Origin: a virus
Reading direction: 5' to 3' (one strand)
Length of the DNA stretch: 64,000 bases
IMG/VR virus record: IMGVR_UViG_3300005583_000002
Coordinates: 3,683 to 67,682 of that record
Below the pieces are notes generated by a model. The model saw only the letters and a list, made by a program, of their open reading frames with translations. It made no database searches and had not been told where the DNA came from. Both the position numbers and the translations under genes were made by a program. Below, piece after piece: positions 11,139 to 23,127 of the stretch (position 1 is the stretch's first letter; every line of letters begins with the position of its first letter).

Positions 11139-12407
11139 ATGTCTGTTGACAATTACTATGTAGTAAAAACCACGTCTATAGTCAAAGCTAGTAATATGGC
11201 TAAGGCACGACTCCTTGCATCTGGGCAAAAAGCAGATGGCGAAATTCTAAATGAAAAATACGAAGTCGAGCACAAAGAAGAGTTTGACATCAGTAATTTA
11301 GTTTCTAAAGCTGATAGTAAGTATCTTCAATCAAACGACAACGATAGTATAGATGACGATGACGAGGAAGACGACGTCAGTAGTCATTCTTCGTTCTTGA
11401 CCATAAACGAAGATACCGTCAATTACCTCAGATCAGAGAATAAACGCTTGCTGAGATTGGCAGAAAAAAACAAAAACGCTAAAGGCGAAGCAGTAGAGTC
11501 AGTGTATCAGGCAGCTCTTGATGCGTTCTCTGAGTTCACAATGCCAGTGACTAAAAAGCCAGTGATCAAGCAGGTACCGGGTATGCCCGAGACTGCAGTA
11601 GCAGTTTTTGCGGACTGGCAATTAGGTAAGGTCACGCCAGATTATAACTCTGATGTAACAGCTGATCGTATAGAATTATATACAGAAAAGCTGATAGAAA
11701 TCACAGAGATACAAAGAAAACACCATCCGGTTAATAACCTTCACGTCTGGTTGTTAGGCGATATAGTTGAGGGTGAAGAAATATTCCCTGGACAAGCCCA
11801 CTTGATTGACTCTGGTCTGTATCGCCAGGTTGGTATCAATGGCCCAGAAATACTTGTGAAGTTCTTGAAGACAGCATTAGAAAACTTTGAACACGTACAT
11901 GTTGCTGGAGTCATAGGAAACCATGGGGCTATAGGTGGGCGAGCAAGAAAGCAACATGACCCAGAATCCAATATGGATAGGTTACTTTATCAGATAGTAC
12001 GATTAATATTTGCTAATGAGCCAAGAATAACCTTTAATATTCCAGATGGTAAAGGCGAAAGACATTGGTACGCAGTTGATTCCATAGGAAATCATAGCAG
12101 CTTGCTTATCCACGGAGATCAATTACCTTCACCTAATGCTTTTCATGGCTACTATAAAAAGATAATGGGCTGGAAAGATGGAGCAATTCCAGAACATTTT
12201 GATGACGTTTTTATGGGTCATTATCATCAGTCTTTTAAGATGACCATAGGTAGTGCTACTTTAAGAATTTCTGGTTCGCCAGAAAGCTATAATACATATG
12301 CACAAGAGTTTTTTTCTTCAATGAGTAGACCTTCTCAGCAGCTAATGTATATCCATCCAGAAAACGGAATCACTTGCGAGTACACTATTTGGTTAGACGC
12401 AGTATAA
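11139..12407 (+). CDS. Calcineurin-like metallophosphoesterase (Mre11/SbcD-like) with N-terminal extension
   Basis: DWQLGK, GDIVEG, GNHG, HGD, GHYHQ motifs. Confidence 0.8.
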   Translation: MSVDNYYVVKTTSIVKASNMAKARLLASGQKADGEILNEKYEVEHKEEFDISNLVSKADSKYLQSNDNDSIDDDDEEDDVSSHSSFLTINEDTVNYLRSENKRLLRLAEKNKNAKGEAVESVYQAALDAFSEFTMPVTKKPVIKQVPGMPETAVAVFADWQLGKVTPDYNSDVTADRIELYTEKLIEITEIQRKHHPVNNLHVWLLGDIVEGEEIFPGQAHLIDSGLYRQVGINGPEILVKFLKTALENFEHVHVAGVIGNHGAIGGRARKQHDPESNMDRLLYQIVRLIFANEPRITFNIPDGKGERHWYAVDSIGNHSSLLIHGDQLPSPNAFHGYYKKIMGWKDGAIPEHFDDVFMGHYHQSFKMTIGSATLRISGSPESYNTYAQEFFSSMSRPSQQLMYIHPENGITCEYTIWLDAV

Positions 12408-12418
12408 TAGGGGATTAA

Positions 12419-15400
12419 ATGAAGAGTTATGTATTAACATTATCTAACATACACTTTAGAAAACAAGGTAAAGTGTGGACGTCTGACCCAATAGACCTAT
12501 ACGATAATTCAAGTTATACAAACTATTCAACCATGAGGTCTAAGTACGGTCATAATTATTTAGGTGACTCTACATTCATAGGTAACCAAATAACGCAAGG
12601 CGCAACCCCTACTTTAGCGGACTCTGTTCTATCTACAGAGTTTGGTGAAGTAATAGAAGACCAAGACTTCTATCTTAATTATGTTTATCCAACTGGAACG
12701 GAACAGGGTTCTTTTCTAATCTATGACTTGGTAGAAGAAAATGGATATTTTGTTCTTACCCCAACTAATAAGACTACTCCCCTTGAAAGGTTTGTTGACA
12801 CTACATCTAGGGTCGACTTAGTAGCCTATAAGGGCGCATTCGTAAATGCACCATCTAGCATACCAATAGAATACACACTGCAAGTTTATGAGTCCGATGA
12901 CGTATTAGAGTCCGCAACTCCTTTCTGGATGCCAAATGATGTATCAACTCAAACTGAATTTTTGTTTATACAAAGATCAAAAAGGTTTATAAAAATTCAA
13001 GTAGAGTTTTTTACAGAGCTACCCGATGCCGTCTTTGATACATCGAATTATCTAATATCAAATCAAGCTGTTGATGAAAATGGTTTCTTAATATATGATA
13101 CGCCGTTATCTTTAAGCGACCAAATGATTGGGTCTTTAACGGGGCAAGAAATAGGTAATATTGATTTTCTTCTTTTGGTTGAAATTCAAATTTCTGAACC
13201 AAACCCTCCTAATATAACTGACTCTACTATGGATATTCTTAAGAAGTTTCCATCGTGGACTAAACTGTTTGAAGACTCTCTGCCAGATGCCACTCCAACG
13301 TTTGCTATTCCTGAAAGTTTTGGTGGAAAATTTATTAATGCCCTTATTGGAGACAGCTTAGACTCAGTAGAATCTTTAATAGATTATTTTAGCTTAGCTA
13401 AATCAATCACAGGTGCCGATACAGAACAGCTTACTTGGATTTACTCTACTAGCAATTGCCCTAGTCTAGTGACTAGCGTAAAGGGCGACAACATTAGGTT
13501 AGCTCCTATAACAACTTACGCTGACTTTATAAAACATAGAGTAGAAGACTACGTTTATTATCACGAGCCAAATGACAGAGTGATTTTAACACTAAGGCCA
13601 TTTAACCAGATTAAAATAAATGAGTTAGTAAAGACTCAAACAGAAGTTTTAGTTTTCAACATGTTTGATGAATTTGGTTCTAGGGTAGGTCTTCCTAGAC
13701 TAAAGATGGAGGCTAACGAAAACTATAAAACTAGAATTCTAGATGTATACAAAAACCTTCCAGGTCCAGATATAGATTCTTTTAAGAAAACAATTAGAAG
13801 AGAGCTAGACCTTTGGAGGGCTACTGGAGCAACTCCAAACTCAGATAGCGCAGGAGCTACTCCTGTAGTTCTGGAGATGGAAAATTTAGAAGAATTAAAT
13901 AAATATTTTGAAGATAACAATAACCCAACTAAAGCTTTTATAGATTTTGTAGAAAAAATTAATATAGAATATCCAACAAACTGGGGATTTGTTCCATGGT
14001 CAGAAATGATTTGGGACTACGCTGGAAAATTCCAAGAAGGAGTAAAAAAGGTTCCTTTTTCTTACGACAAAAAACCAATCGCCTTAGAAGCTACTCCTAG
14101 ATATGTACAAAATGGTATTGGGGATTTAAGCGACTTAAAAGTTAGCATAAGATCTAAGAGAGAGTTCTCATCAGATGAGGTAATCTTAAATGATATTTCA
14201 GATGAACAAGTATACGAGAAAGCTTTTAAAATAAAATTAGCTGGTATCGAAAAAGTTGGCGAAAGCATTGTTAGACCTCCTATAAATTTTGATTTTGATA
14301 CCCAACTTCAATATACATACAATATCCTTAATCAAAATACAGCTACAGTAAAGTTTCTAGTAGAGCTAGTCGTGTCTGGTGTTACCTATTATGCCAACTA
14401 TACGCTTAATACAGTTAGTGACATCTATACGGCTGGACCATTATATTCAATTTTTAATATGGCAACAAGTAGGACTAACTCCGATGTGCAGTTCAAATCA
14501 AAGACCACAAACGCAGACTATGTTGATAGCACTTCAACAACGGGCAGCAAAACAATACATATATCTAATGTAACAGAAGCAAGAGTAAGTTTTGGACAGT
14601 TTGTTTATTCAAGCACGACACCATTGTATACAGTAAGTGGCCACAGTGCAAGTAACTCTGGTTGGATACACCCCAAGGGCCACGCAACCGCAAAGTATTA
14701 TACTACCAGTTATGCCAACGCTTCTAATGCTAGCTTGCCTTCTCCTTACTATACGATAACAACACCAACTATTTCTAAAATGCAAATAGAATATGGTTCG
14801 AGCATGCTTTCTAGTACCCCTTCAACTGGATATACTTCTCCCGTAAGAAGCTCTGGAGCCTTAAGGCCTTACAGTACTTCATCAGGCAATGCTACGCCAT
14901 CCTTTGATATGTCTTTTAACTCTTTATTTGGCTTAGCAACAGGTTTTCCACCAACTCAGTCTGCTCCAGTATACAACGCTCTAGTTATAACAAATGTTGT
15001 TCCAGAAGATGCATATATAGATCCAGATTACTCTACACCCGGCTATGGATATGGCCGATATGGTGGATACGTAAACCACCCACAGTTTGATATAAATTAC
15101 TTTGTTCCTGGATTAATGATAGGTTCAAATATAGCAGCTCCACAATTTTTTTCTACTCCATCATATTCTTTATCAAGCCCTCCAACAACATTGTCCGTTT
15201 ACTGGGATCCTTACGCAGTGCCGAGCAACAGAAAATATTCTCTTAATGGTGTGACTAAGAATAACTACCCACTTACAGTAGGGCAATGGGAGTATTTTGA
15301 AAAAACATCAGCAACTCCTATATACTTTAGACTCTCAGAAAGAGGAGTTGTTAAATCAGAAGAAGATATTGGCGCAAGCTACGAACTGTCTGATTCAATT

Positions 15401-17278
15401 TCAGCTTTAGATGTACATAGGTTTAGTTTTGATTTCAATTTAGCAACACCAAACAAATATATTGTAAATAATATCTCTGCAGAAACCGTTAATCCGTTAG
15501 ATGATTCATTTGAAGTTTGGACAGATAAAAGTTCAGTCATACCATACTATTCTATAAGCGAAGACGATGACCTCAAGGTTCCTAACACTATGTACGTACC
15601 TTCTGATTCTTATAGTGAGATAAAACAAGGTACAGATAATGATATTTATATACCATCTGTAGTAGTCAAATCTAGATTAAATACAAAGCACAATAAAGAT
15701 TTTGAATCAGAGATCCATGCAGGTTGGTATTATCTAAACAATCAAGAAACCTATGTGTATGCAAGACCAGTAACCGAAAACGTTACCTATACATCCGCTA
15801 CTCCTTACTACCAAATAGTTTTATCTGGGCACGCTAAGCAAGGTGCGCCAGTTATCCTAGAATCCTTGAGTAACCCTAGCACTAGCTTGACTCAGGTATC
15901 ATTTATCGACGCTGCCACACCATCGGTTTTTAGCAGCTTTAACACAGAATACTTAGAGGCAAGAAAAAATAATTATTTGTATGTTGGTTACAAAAATATA
16001 TATGAAGTTTCAGTGTATGACCCAATAACAGAACTATATCTTTTGCAAAACGGTAGTTCAAATACAGAAAAGATAACGCTGTCAGCCGGTTCAATGGTTG
16101 CCGGTAGAACATACACGGTAAAATATAAAGTTAAGAATACGTATTCAATTGATAACGAATACCTTGACGGTAATAATAGATTAAAAACTAAAATATTGTT
16201 TCACGCTACTCCAATTACCGGCGATACTAATTATGCAATCACATATGAGTCTACACTATTTGATTCATCTACTCCATCGGGGGTATACCACTCGCCAATG
16301 AAGTCTTTATTAACTGAGGGCTTTGTTTATTTGACTGATTCAGTTTACGAATATGACAGATTTTTAGCAGAGACAAACCCAGGCTACCTAATTGATGACC
16401 CGGCGTCTGATTATTCTATATTAACAATAGAAAGCTATGACAAAAACGGAAACCCTAAACCATACCAAAAGTATAATATTTCTTCAAATCTTTTATCGGT
16501 ACAACCAAGCTCGGTAGAAACAGATAATAACGGCTTTGCTTATGCAAGAGTTGCTTATTCAGGAGCTACTCCAGCAATAGTAAATAACGCACCCTTGTAT
16601 ATATCTGGAGTACAAAGCGGATATAGCACCGCTAATGACTCCGCTACATTAAACTATTCAATAGTAAAATCACAATCAAGCCTGGACACACTACATGCCG
16701 AGGTGGACCCACAGATTATAAAAGCCGATGGAGTAAGCACTTTGTCTATAAAAGGGATGCTTTCGTCCAAAACTAGGGACACTTCTTCTGTTAGGGTTTA
16801 CTATAGACTTGGTAGAACATTGCATTCAGCTATAACTAATCCGGTATATAATTCAGTTGTATCTTCAGAAGATGGTTCATTTGCCATTGGCCCAATTACA
16901 GCTAGGTCTGCAGCTACCCCGGGATATTGGTTTGGTGTAGTGGAAACAGAATTTAGCTCCAATAATCAGTCATCCCCAGTTACTATATCAGGGGACATAG
17001 TACATTGGTTTGAAGATTCACAAGACGCAATTTTAAATTCATCTGGTCGCGTTTTGTCGATACAGGACACATTTACTGCAAGTGATTTTTCTTTCATGTC
17101 TTCTACTCCAGTTTATAAGATAAATTATTTAACTGGAAATCCTGCACAAAAGAGTGCTACGCCAAATATAGTTTTACCAAAATGGTTTAAGATACCAAGA
17201 CTAACGCAGTATCAGATGGGCATTCTTGGAAGCGATTACTATTCACTAGACAATAACAGACAAATATACCCAAGTTAA
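12419..17278 (+). CDS. Large virion (baseplate/tail) protein with 15 dispersed Ala-Thr-Pro motifs
   Basis: 1619 aa, S/T/Y-rich; FDEFGSRVGLPRL..E.NENYKTRI resembles baseplate wedge segments; Ig-like C-terminal part. Confidence 0.55.
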   Translation: MKSYVLTLSNIHFRKQGKVWTSDPIDLYDNSSYTNYSTMRSKYGHNYLGDSTFIGNQITQGATPTLADSVLSTEFGEVIEDQDFYLNYVYPTGTEQGSFLIYDLVEENGYFVLTPTNKTTPLERFVDTTSRVDLVAYKGAFVNAPSSIPIEYTLQVYESDDVLESATPFWMPNDVSTQTEFLFIQRSKRFIKIQVEFFTELPDAVFDTSNYLISNQAVDENGFLIYDTPLSLSDQMIGSLTGQEIGNIDFLLLVEIQISEPNPPNITDSTMDILKKFPSWTKLFEDSLPDATPTFAIPESFGGKFINALIGDSLDSVESLIDYFSLAKSITGADTEQLTWIYSTSNCPSLVTSVKGDNIRLAPITTYADFIKHRVEDYVYYHEPNDRVILTLRPFNQIKINELVKTQTEVLVFNMFDEFGSRVGLPRLKMEANENYKTRILDVYKNLPGPDIDSFKKTIRRELDLWRATGATPNSDSAGATPVVLEMENLEELNKYFEDNNNPTKAFIDFVEKINIEYPTNWGFVPWSEMIWDYAGKFQEGVKKVPFSYDKKPIALEATPRYVQNGIGDLSDLKVSIRSKREFSSDEVILNDISDEQVYEKAFKIKLAGIEKVGESIVRPPINFDFDTQLQYTYNILNQNTATVKFLVELVVSGVTYYANYTLNTVSDIYTAGPLYSIFNMATSRTNSDVQFKSKTTNADYVDSTSTTGSKTIHISNVTEARVSFGQFVYSSTTPLYTVSGHSASNSGWIHPKGHATAKYYTTSYANASNASLPSPYYTITTPTISKMQIEYGSSMLSSTPSTGYTSPVRSSGALRPYSTSSGNATPSFDMSFNSLFGLATGFPPTQSAPVYNALVITNVVPEDAYIDPDYSTPGYGYGRYGGYVNHPQFDINYFVPGLMIGSNIAAPQFFSTPSYSLSSPPTTLSVYWDPYAVPSNRKYSLNGVTKNNYPLTVGQWEYFEKTSATPIYFRLSERGVVKSEEDIGASYELSDSISALDVHRFSFDFNLATPNKYIVNNISAETVNPLDDSFEVWTDKSSVIPYYSISEDDDLKVPNTMYVPSDSYSEIKQGTDNDIYIPSVVVKSRLNTKHNKDFESEIHAGWYYLNNQETYVYARPVTENVTYTSATPYYQIVLSGHAKQGAPVILESLSNPSTSLTQVSFIDAATPSVFSSFNTEYLEARKNNYLYVGYKNIYEVSVYDPITELYLLQNGSSNTEKITLSAGSMVAGRTYTVKYKVKNTYSIDNEYLDGNNRLKTKILFHATPITGDTNYAITYESTLFDSSTPSGVYHSPMKSLLTEGFVYLTDSVYEYDRFLAETNPGYLIDDPASDYSILTIESYDKNGNPKPYQKYNISSNLLSVQPSSVETDNNGFAYARVAYSGATPAIVNNAPLYISGVQSGYSTANDSATLNYSIVKSQSSLDTLHAEVDPQIIKADGVSTLSIKGMLSSKTRDTSSVRVYYRLGRTLHSAITNPVYNSVVSSEDGSFAIGPITARSAATPGYWFGVVETEFSSNNQSSPVTISGDIVHWFEDSQDAILNSSGRVLSIQDTFTASDFSFMSSTPVYKINYLTGNPAQKSATPNIVLPKWFKIPRLTQYQMGILGSDYYSLDNNRQIYPS

Positions 17279-17294
17279 TATAGATGGATCATAG

Positions 17295-20200
17295 ATGAAA
17301 AAGTTTACAAATAGCATAAACAACTCAAAAGAAAAAAAGATTAGAACCGGATCAGCTTTACCAGCTGACTCCGTAAATTTAGCATACTTTAAAGTTGACG
17401 AAGTAAGTCCAGAAAATACTTTAACTGTAATAGATTTATCTTCTTCAATAAAAGAAAACTTTATTGACTATAAAAACGAACAAGTATCTTTAGTAGCCAA
17501 TGAAGTTGGAATGTTATTCGATCCATTATCTGGCAATTCAAAGTTCCCATCTTCAGATATATACGTAACCAATTATAGGAACAGTCAAACAAATGGTACT
17601 GACTATGTAGATGTAAATATTTTAAACCAAAATATGATTGGGGAAAATTCAGTATCTGATTATATTTATTCATATTACGTAAGCAGATACTTTACCGTTA
17701 AGTCCTTGATGAGCGGTAGTCTAACGCAAAAAGTTTTTTATAATGGCAAAGAATACTTTGATATCATAAAGACATCCGAGCTACAAAAAATTCAAAGAAA
17801 AAAAGATTCTATTGACCTCCAAGATATAATAGTATTAAACCCAGATAGCTCAGAGTATGTTGATTTTAATGGTAAGAAAAAATACAGGGTAGTTCTTGAA
17901 TCTTATGGCGATAAAGAAGTTTCCTTGGGTGAAAGATTATATAAGATAATAGTTTTACTAGAAGAAACAAACCCAACAAATCTGTTTTTATCTTATCCAA
18001 AAATAGAATTAGACTCAGACAATTATTTAGTCAATCAGTCATTGTCATATAAAGAAAACATAACACCAATACAATTTTTTAATGAGGAGTCAGAAGAAGC
18101 TAGTGTAGTAGATTATGGCTCAAAATACGATAATACGTATGCCGTAAAGCCAACAGAGAGCTTGCAAAATAAATTTTCTACAGGTTCAGTATTTGATGAT
18201 AGAGGATACAATATTTACGTTAATAAAAAAGCTATAACAGATGACAGAACATACGAAGTGTTTAGTTGGAGAATAATAGGTAAAATAAATAGAAGCTTCA
18301 ATTACGCTAACAGGCTAGAGGGTTTGCTGGGCAACACTGCTAGGTCTAGAGGTGTAATAAAAGCAGCAGTGATTAAAGCAAATACAAAAACAAGTTATGT
18401 TGATCATCATAAAATTTTTACTAAGTTAAACTTAGAAAATAATCCAATTAATATATTTAATTATATTTTTAAGAACCCAATATCTGAACAAGCTGCAATA
18501 GTACCAACTAGTTTAGACGACTCATATTGGACAGTGGACTTGTCAACAATTACGCATGATCAAATAAGAACTTTTGATTTTTTAATTCTTGTAGTAAATT
18601 CCAATACAGACATACAACAATATCAAGCAAAAATAACTTCATTTTTAAATAATGGTGGTTGTTTGTTTGTTGAGTTTGAAGGTAACCCTACCCTTTCAGT
18701 TAAGTCGCTATACCCTGTTCCATTAACTGATCTAGTAAGCGGTGCTGCAACCACCGTAACCTATAATAGAAACACAGATCCAGCTCAATACCCATACAGT
18801 TCATTGAATCTCCATGATGACAATCAATCATGGGATGTCAAGAGTGAAATATTCGACACTGGGTTTGGAGCTTACGGCAAGATAACACAAACTATTTCAG
18901 CATTTGCTAGCTCAATGAGTACATATCAGTCAATATCAACTAACATTGGCCCAGTTCTTACGGTTAATAAAATAGGTGCGATTGAAACAGGGGGCGTTAG
19001 TGCCGGAACCATTATATCAAATACGGTTTCTATAAATTCAAAGGCTGGCATGGATTACATCCAAGGTGGCGTATTGCCAGAATCATTAAGCCTTGGTTCA
19101 ATACTATTGACGTCAGATGCAGAGGGTCCATTAAAAGTATTTTATAATTCAATCATGGTTGGTCTAATATCAAAGTACTTTACTTCAGGTAACTCTTCAA
19201 ACAATACCTCCAGCACCCTACTCACACCAGTCCTAATGCACGCCACTTCTTGGAAAACTTCCTGGGCTATTAACGGTCCAACATCTAATGATGGGTACGT
19301 TTACAACGATATATTAATAAAAAACGATAAATTAGACGAGTACGCACAGTTTAGTATAAGCAAAGACCAAAATGGTGACCTGTATAGAACTATAAGCCCG
19401 ATGTCATACAAGGAAATATTTTTGCAAGACTTTGCTAGCTCAGTGGACAACTCATACGGTGAATTTTATAACTCATCTAATGATGTAATTTCTTATTATA
19501 TAGAGTTTACCAATGAAACAATTATAGCAAAAAATGGGACACGTCTTACAACTGCTTTAGCTTCAGGGATAACAACACCATACTATACCTACTCCATATC
19601 AAGTAGCGAAGCCTTGGGCAGTCCCGTAGTTAAAACTACGACCATGTCTATGCCTTTAAATATCCCTGCAACGTTTGGACAATTTTATATTAAAGATAGA
19701 ATTAACTCCGTTACAAACGACAGAGGTAATCAAACCAGCGCAACAAATGACGTACCGTTTAGTTATAATTACGATTTTAAAACAAGTTATAGAGCGGTCA
19801 GAAGCACTGAAGCTTCTCTTTCTTTTGATCTTTCTTTTCAAGCTGATTTTACATTAAGTCTTCCTATTACTATCAAGAACTTTAAAATAGTTAATGTAAA
19901 AGTAGGCACAAAACTAATAAAGGGATCAAATAAACCTGAACCCAATATATGGAACTTTACCAGATCGAATCAAAGCGTATCATTGCAGCCATCATTTGAT
20001 GTGCCTATAACCAGACTAGGAAGAAGTTTGACAGACAAGTATGCCTGTGTCCAAGACCTAATAAATTATAAGGCAATACATGTTACTGGTAATGTCCAAC
20101 AGGGAAACCATTTTCCATACACTGGAGATATAGATCTTGGAAATACCCACAAGCAATACTCCTTAGGTCCAAAACCAGGAGATCTTGATACCGGACCTTA

Positions 20201-23127
20201 TGTTCACTATATTCAGTGGTCTTTAAAAGCCGCTGGATATTCAGTGGTAACAGATGGAAAATTAGGGCCACAAACTGGTGGAGCTATAACATCATTCCAA
20301 ACAAAAGCAGGTCTTGCTTATATAGAGGCGCAAGTTGATTCTGAAACAAAATCCGCATTAGCTTACGTATGGTGTACTAAAGTTCAGGGAGGCACGTTAG
20401 CTGATTATAAAACGCAGATAACAAAGTTCTATACAAAAACCCCATCCATAGGTGCGGCAGTCATATCATATATAGAGGCAGCTGTCTTAAGCGATCCAGT
20501 CGGAACTGCTTGTACTGGTGCGATACGAAGAATATCTTACACAGGATCGATTGCAAGTAGGACTACAGATCAAATTGAATGTAATTTTATAATAAAACTA
20601 CCTAATAGTATTCTTGATAGGACAGACAAAGAAGATATTTTGTCGATTAAGATTTTTGCTGGAGCAACAGACATAACAATAACAGGCATTAAACTTACCA
20701 AAGAAATATGTAGCGCAACTGCTGGCAAAGATGCTTTTATTGCAAGACGTGATAAAGCTCGAAAAGAAATTAGCTTTTCAGGTGGTCCACGAAATATACC
20801 AGCAAAAAGTGCAATAAATTTTGAATTAAATATAAAAAATAATCCTAAAGATAATCAATATAAATACGTGTTGATAGAAGCATATGGGAGTAAGCTTGGC
20901 GGAAAGTTTGGACCAGAAGCAATGCGGAATGTTTATTGAGCAAATAATATTTTTTAATACTACAGAAGGCGAATATGAAAACGTCTATGAAGATAGAACG
21001 TTTGCAGATCCAGATAAGGTGGTAACTGGTTTTATTGATGTTAAAACAACAAAAGAAGTTTCAGGTTTAACCATTGCAAATACACCAAGAACGGACAAAT
21101 TTACTAGCGCAGATTTTTATAAGTTACCTTTGACTGTAACCAAATTCTATTACAAAGATACGGACGATGCCGAGCAAGCTTTTACGTACAGAACTGATTC
21201 TACAAATAAGATAGAACCAAATCAAGCATTAGTGCTTACCTCAGTCGCTTCTTTAAAAATAGAAAATGGAGTCACAAATGGTTGGGGCGAAATATCTTTG
21301 GACATTGCTAAGGCAATTGTTTCGCCAGCTGAACCACTAGTGGTAAGCCAGAAAAAGGTTGCACCCACAGGACAGACGACTTCTTTAACAAGTCCATACA
21401 TAAACTATGTGACATTAGCGCAAAACAAAGAAACATACAATAGTGCAGACCAAGTAGAATTAACATATGATGTTAACGTCAGTTCATTGAGTAGTGAGGC
21501 TAGTTACAGTACTGATGTAGTAATGCCAGTGTCTCATAAGCATTTATATGCAAGCTTCCTAGGGAATAACCAAGCAAAGACCGCTAGAGTATCACCAAAA
21601 AATAAGAATAGACTGACTTACCTAGATGGGGTAGTATGTCTTTGTAATGATAGTGGGCTTCCAGTTGGGATGGATGTATCTCTGGCTACAACTTTAGAAA
21701 TGAGAGGAATGATAGGTGACTTTAATTCTATAACTAATGTTTATTTAGAAAAGAACTCCAACTTTGCTTCTGATGGTTTGGTATACGGTTTCTATGATCT
21801 AGCAGCAAAAAAGTTTTTGGGAACAAATATTTCTTACTCAGAATACCTAGAAAAAAACGGTGCTCAAAATATTTATATAGCCTTATTGGCAACAGACTAT
21901 GATGGTAACACCACAAATGACGACATAGACTACGCTGGTTTCCAGACTATACCAATCACCAACATCAATGTTCCTAATAAACTTATATGTCCGATATATA
22001 ATGTAAAGTTTAAAAATAAAACAGCAATACAACTACAAAAGCCACAAAATAATTTAAGTAAGAAAAATCCATGGCACGTTGGTATATCTTCTGGATCATT
22101 TACTAAAACGTATGAGTTAGATTTAGATAAAATATATAACAAAGATATTTTTTGGTTAAAACAATATGCATTAGAAGACAAAAATACTTGTACTGTAAAA
22201 GCTTTTTATGATACTACTAATTTTAACAATGTTGGTTGGTCAAAAATACTTGGAAAACCATACATAGATATTAAGCAGGAGACTCCTATCATAATAGACT
22301 CTAGGTCTATTAAGTTAAGACAGGTTCCATTTGCGGTTATGCATGAGCCATCTGATGATCTGTCTTATTTTAGCTCGCCAATAAAACCTTTTGTCTTTGT
22401 TTATATAAAAAATACAACAACAAATAATTGGGATCTTATTCCTTTCTCGGAAATAGCATCTTTTAATAACGCAACTGGGTATATTGAATTTAAATCTATA
22501 GCGGTACCTACTGATATTAGGTCTATCAAGGTTGACTATGCGGTGATCTCTTCGGCTGTTCCAATAAAAGTTTTAGATAAAAAAGACATAAAGTTAAATC
22601 CATTTTTGTTTAAAGACGATATACAAATTAATAAACCAATACATTTTTATTTAGAGCCAAGAAGTATCCTTGTAGAAAATTCTATGACAATACAAACGGT
22701 TAATAATGATATCATTGAAAATAAAAATACTTTAAAGCTTACTAAAAATGGGGACATGTTTGATCCATCTCATCCAAACTATAACCCATTAAACATTCTA
22801 TTATGTACAGTTTATGTGTCCGATTACAATTTTATAGATACCTTAAGGGTAGATGATTTAAGGCTCAAGGGTGGTGGTTTAACCTCGGTTACTCCACTAA
22901 AGGAAATACTAGATCAGTTCCCGGAGACAAGGTCTAACTACGATATACTAGGGCCAGACGGGTATGCTTACTCTAACGGTGGTTATGTTGTTATTCAGTT
23001 GCCAGAAAACTTGAAAACTTACATGAGTAATGCTAAAATAAAAGAGACAATAAGCGCTGCTTTAACGGCTGGTGTAGTCTATGATCTACAAAATTATTCA
23101 GGTGAAGATTGGTACAAAACAGCATGA
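17295..23127 (+). CDS. Large virion protein with peptidoglycan-binding domain, joined by +1 frameshift at CGG-A 20925-20928 (~1943 aa)
   Basis: ORFs 17295-20939 and 20884-23127 overlap in adjacent frames. PG_binding_1-like VHYIQWSLKAAGY...DGKLGPQTGGAITSFQTKAGL. Confidence 0.6.
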
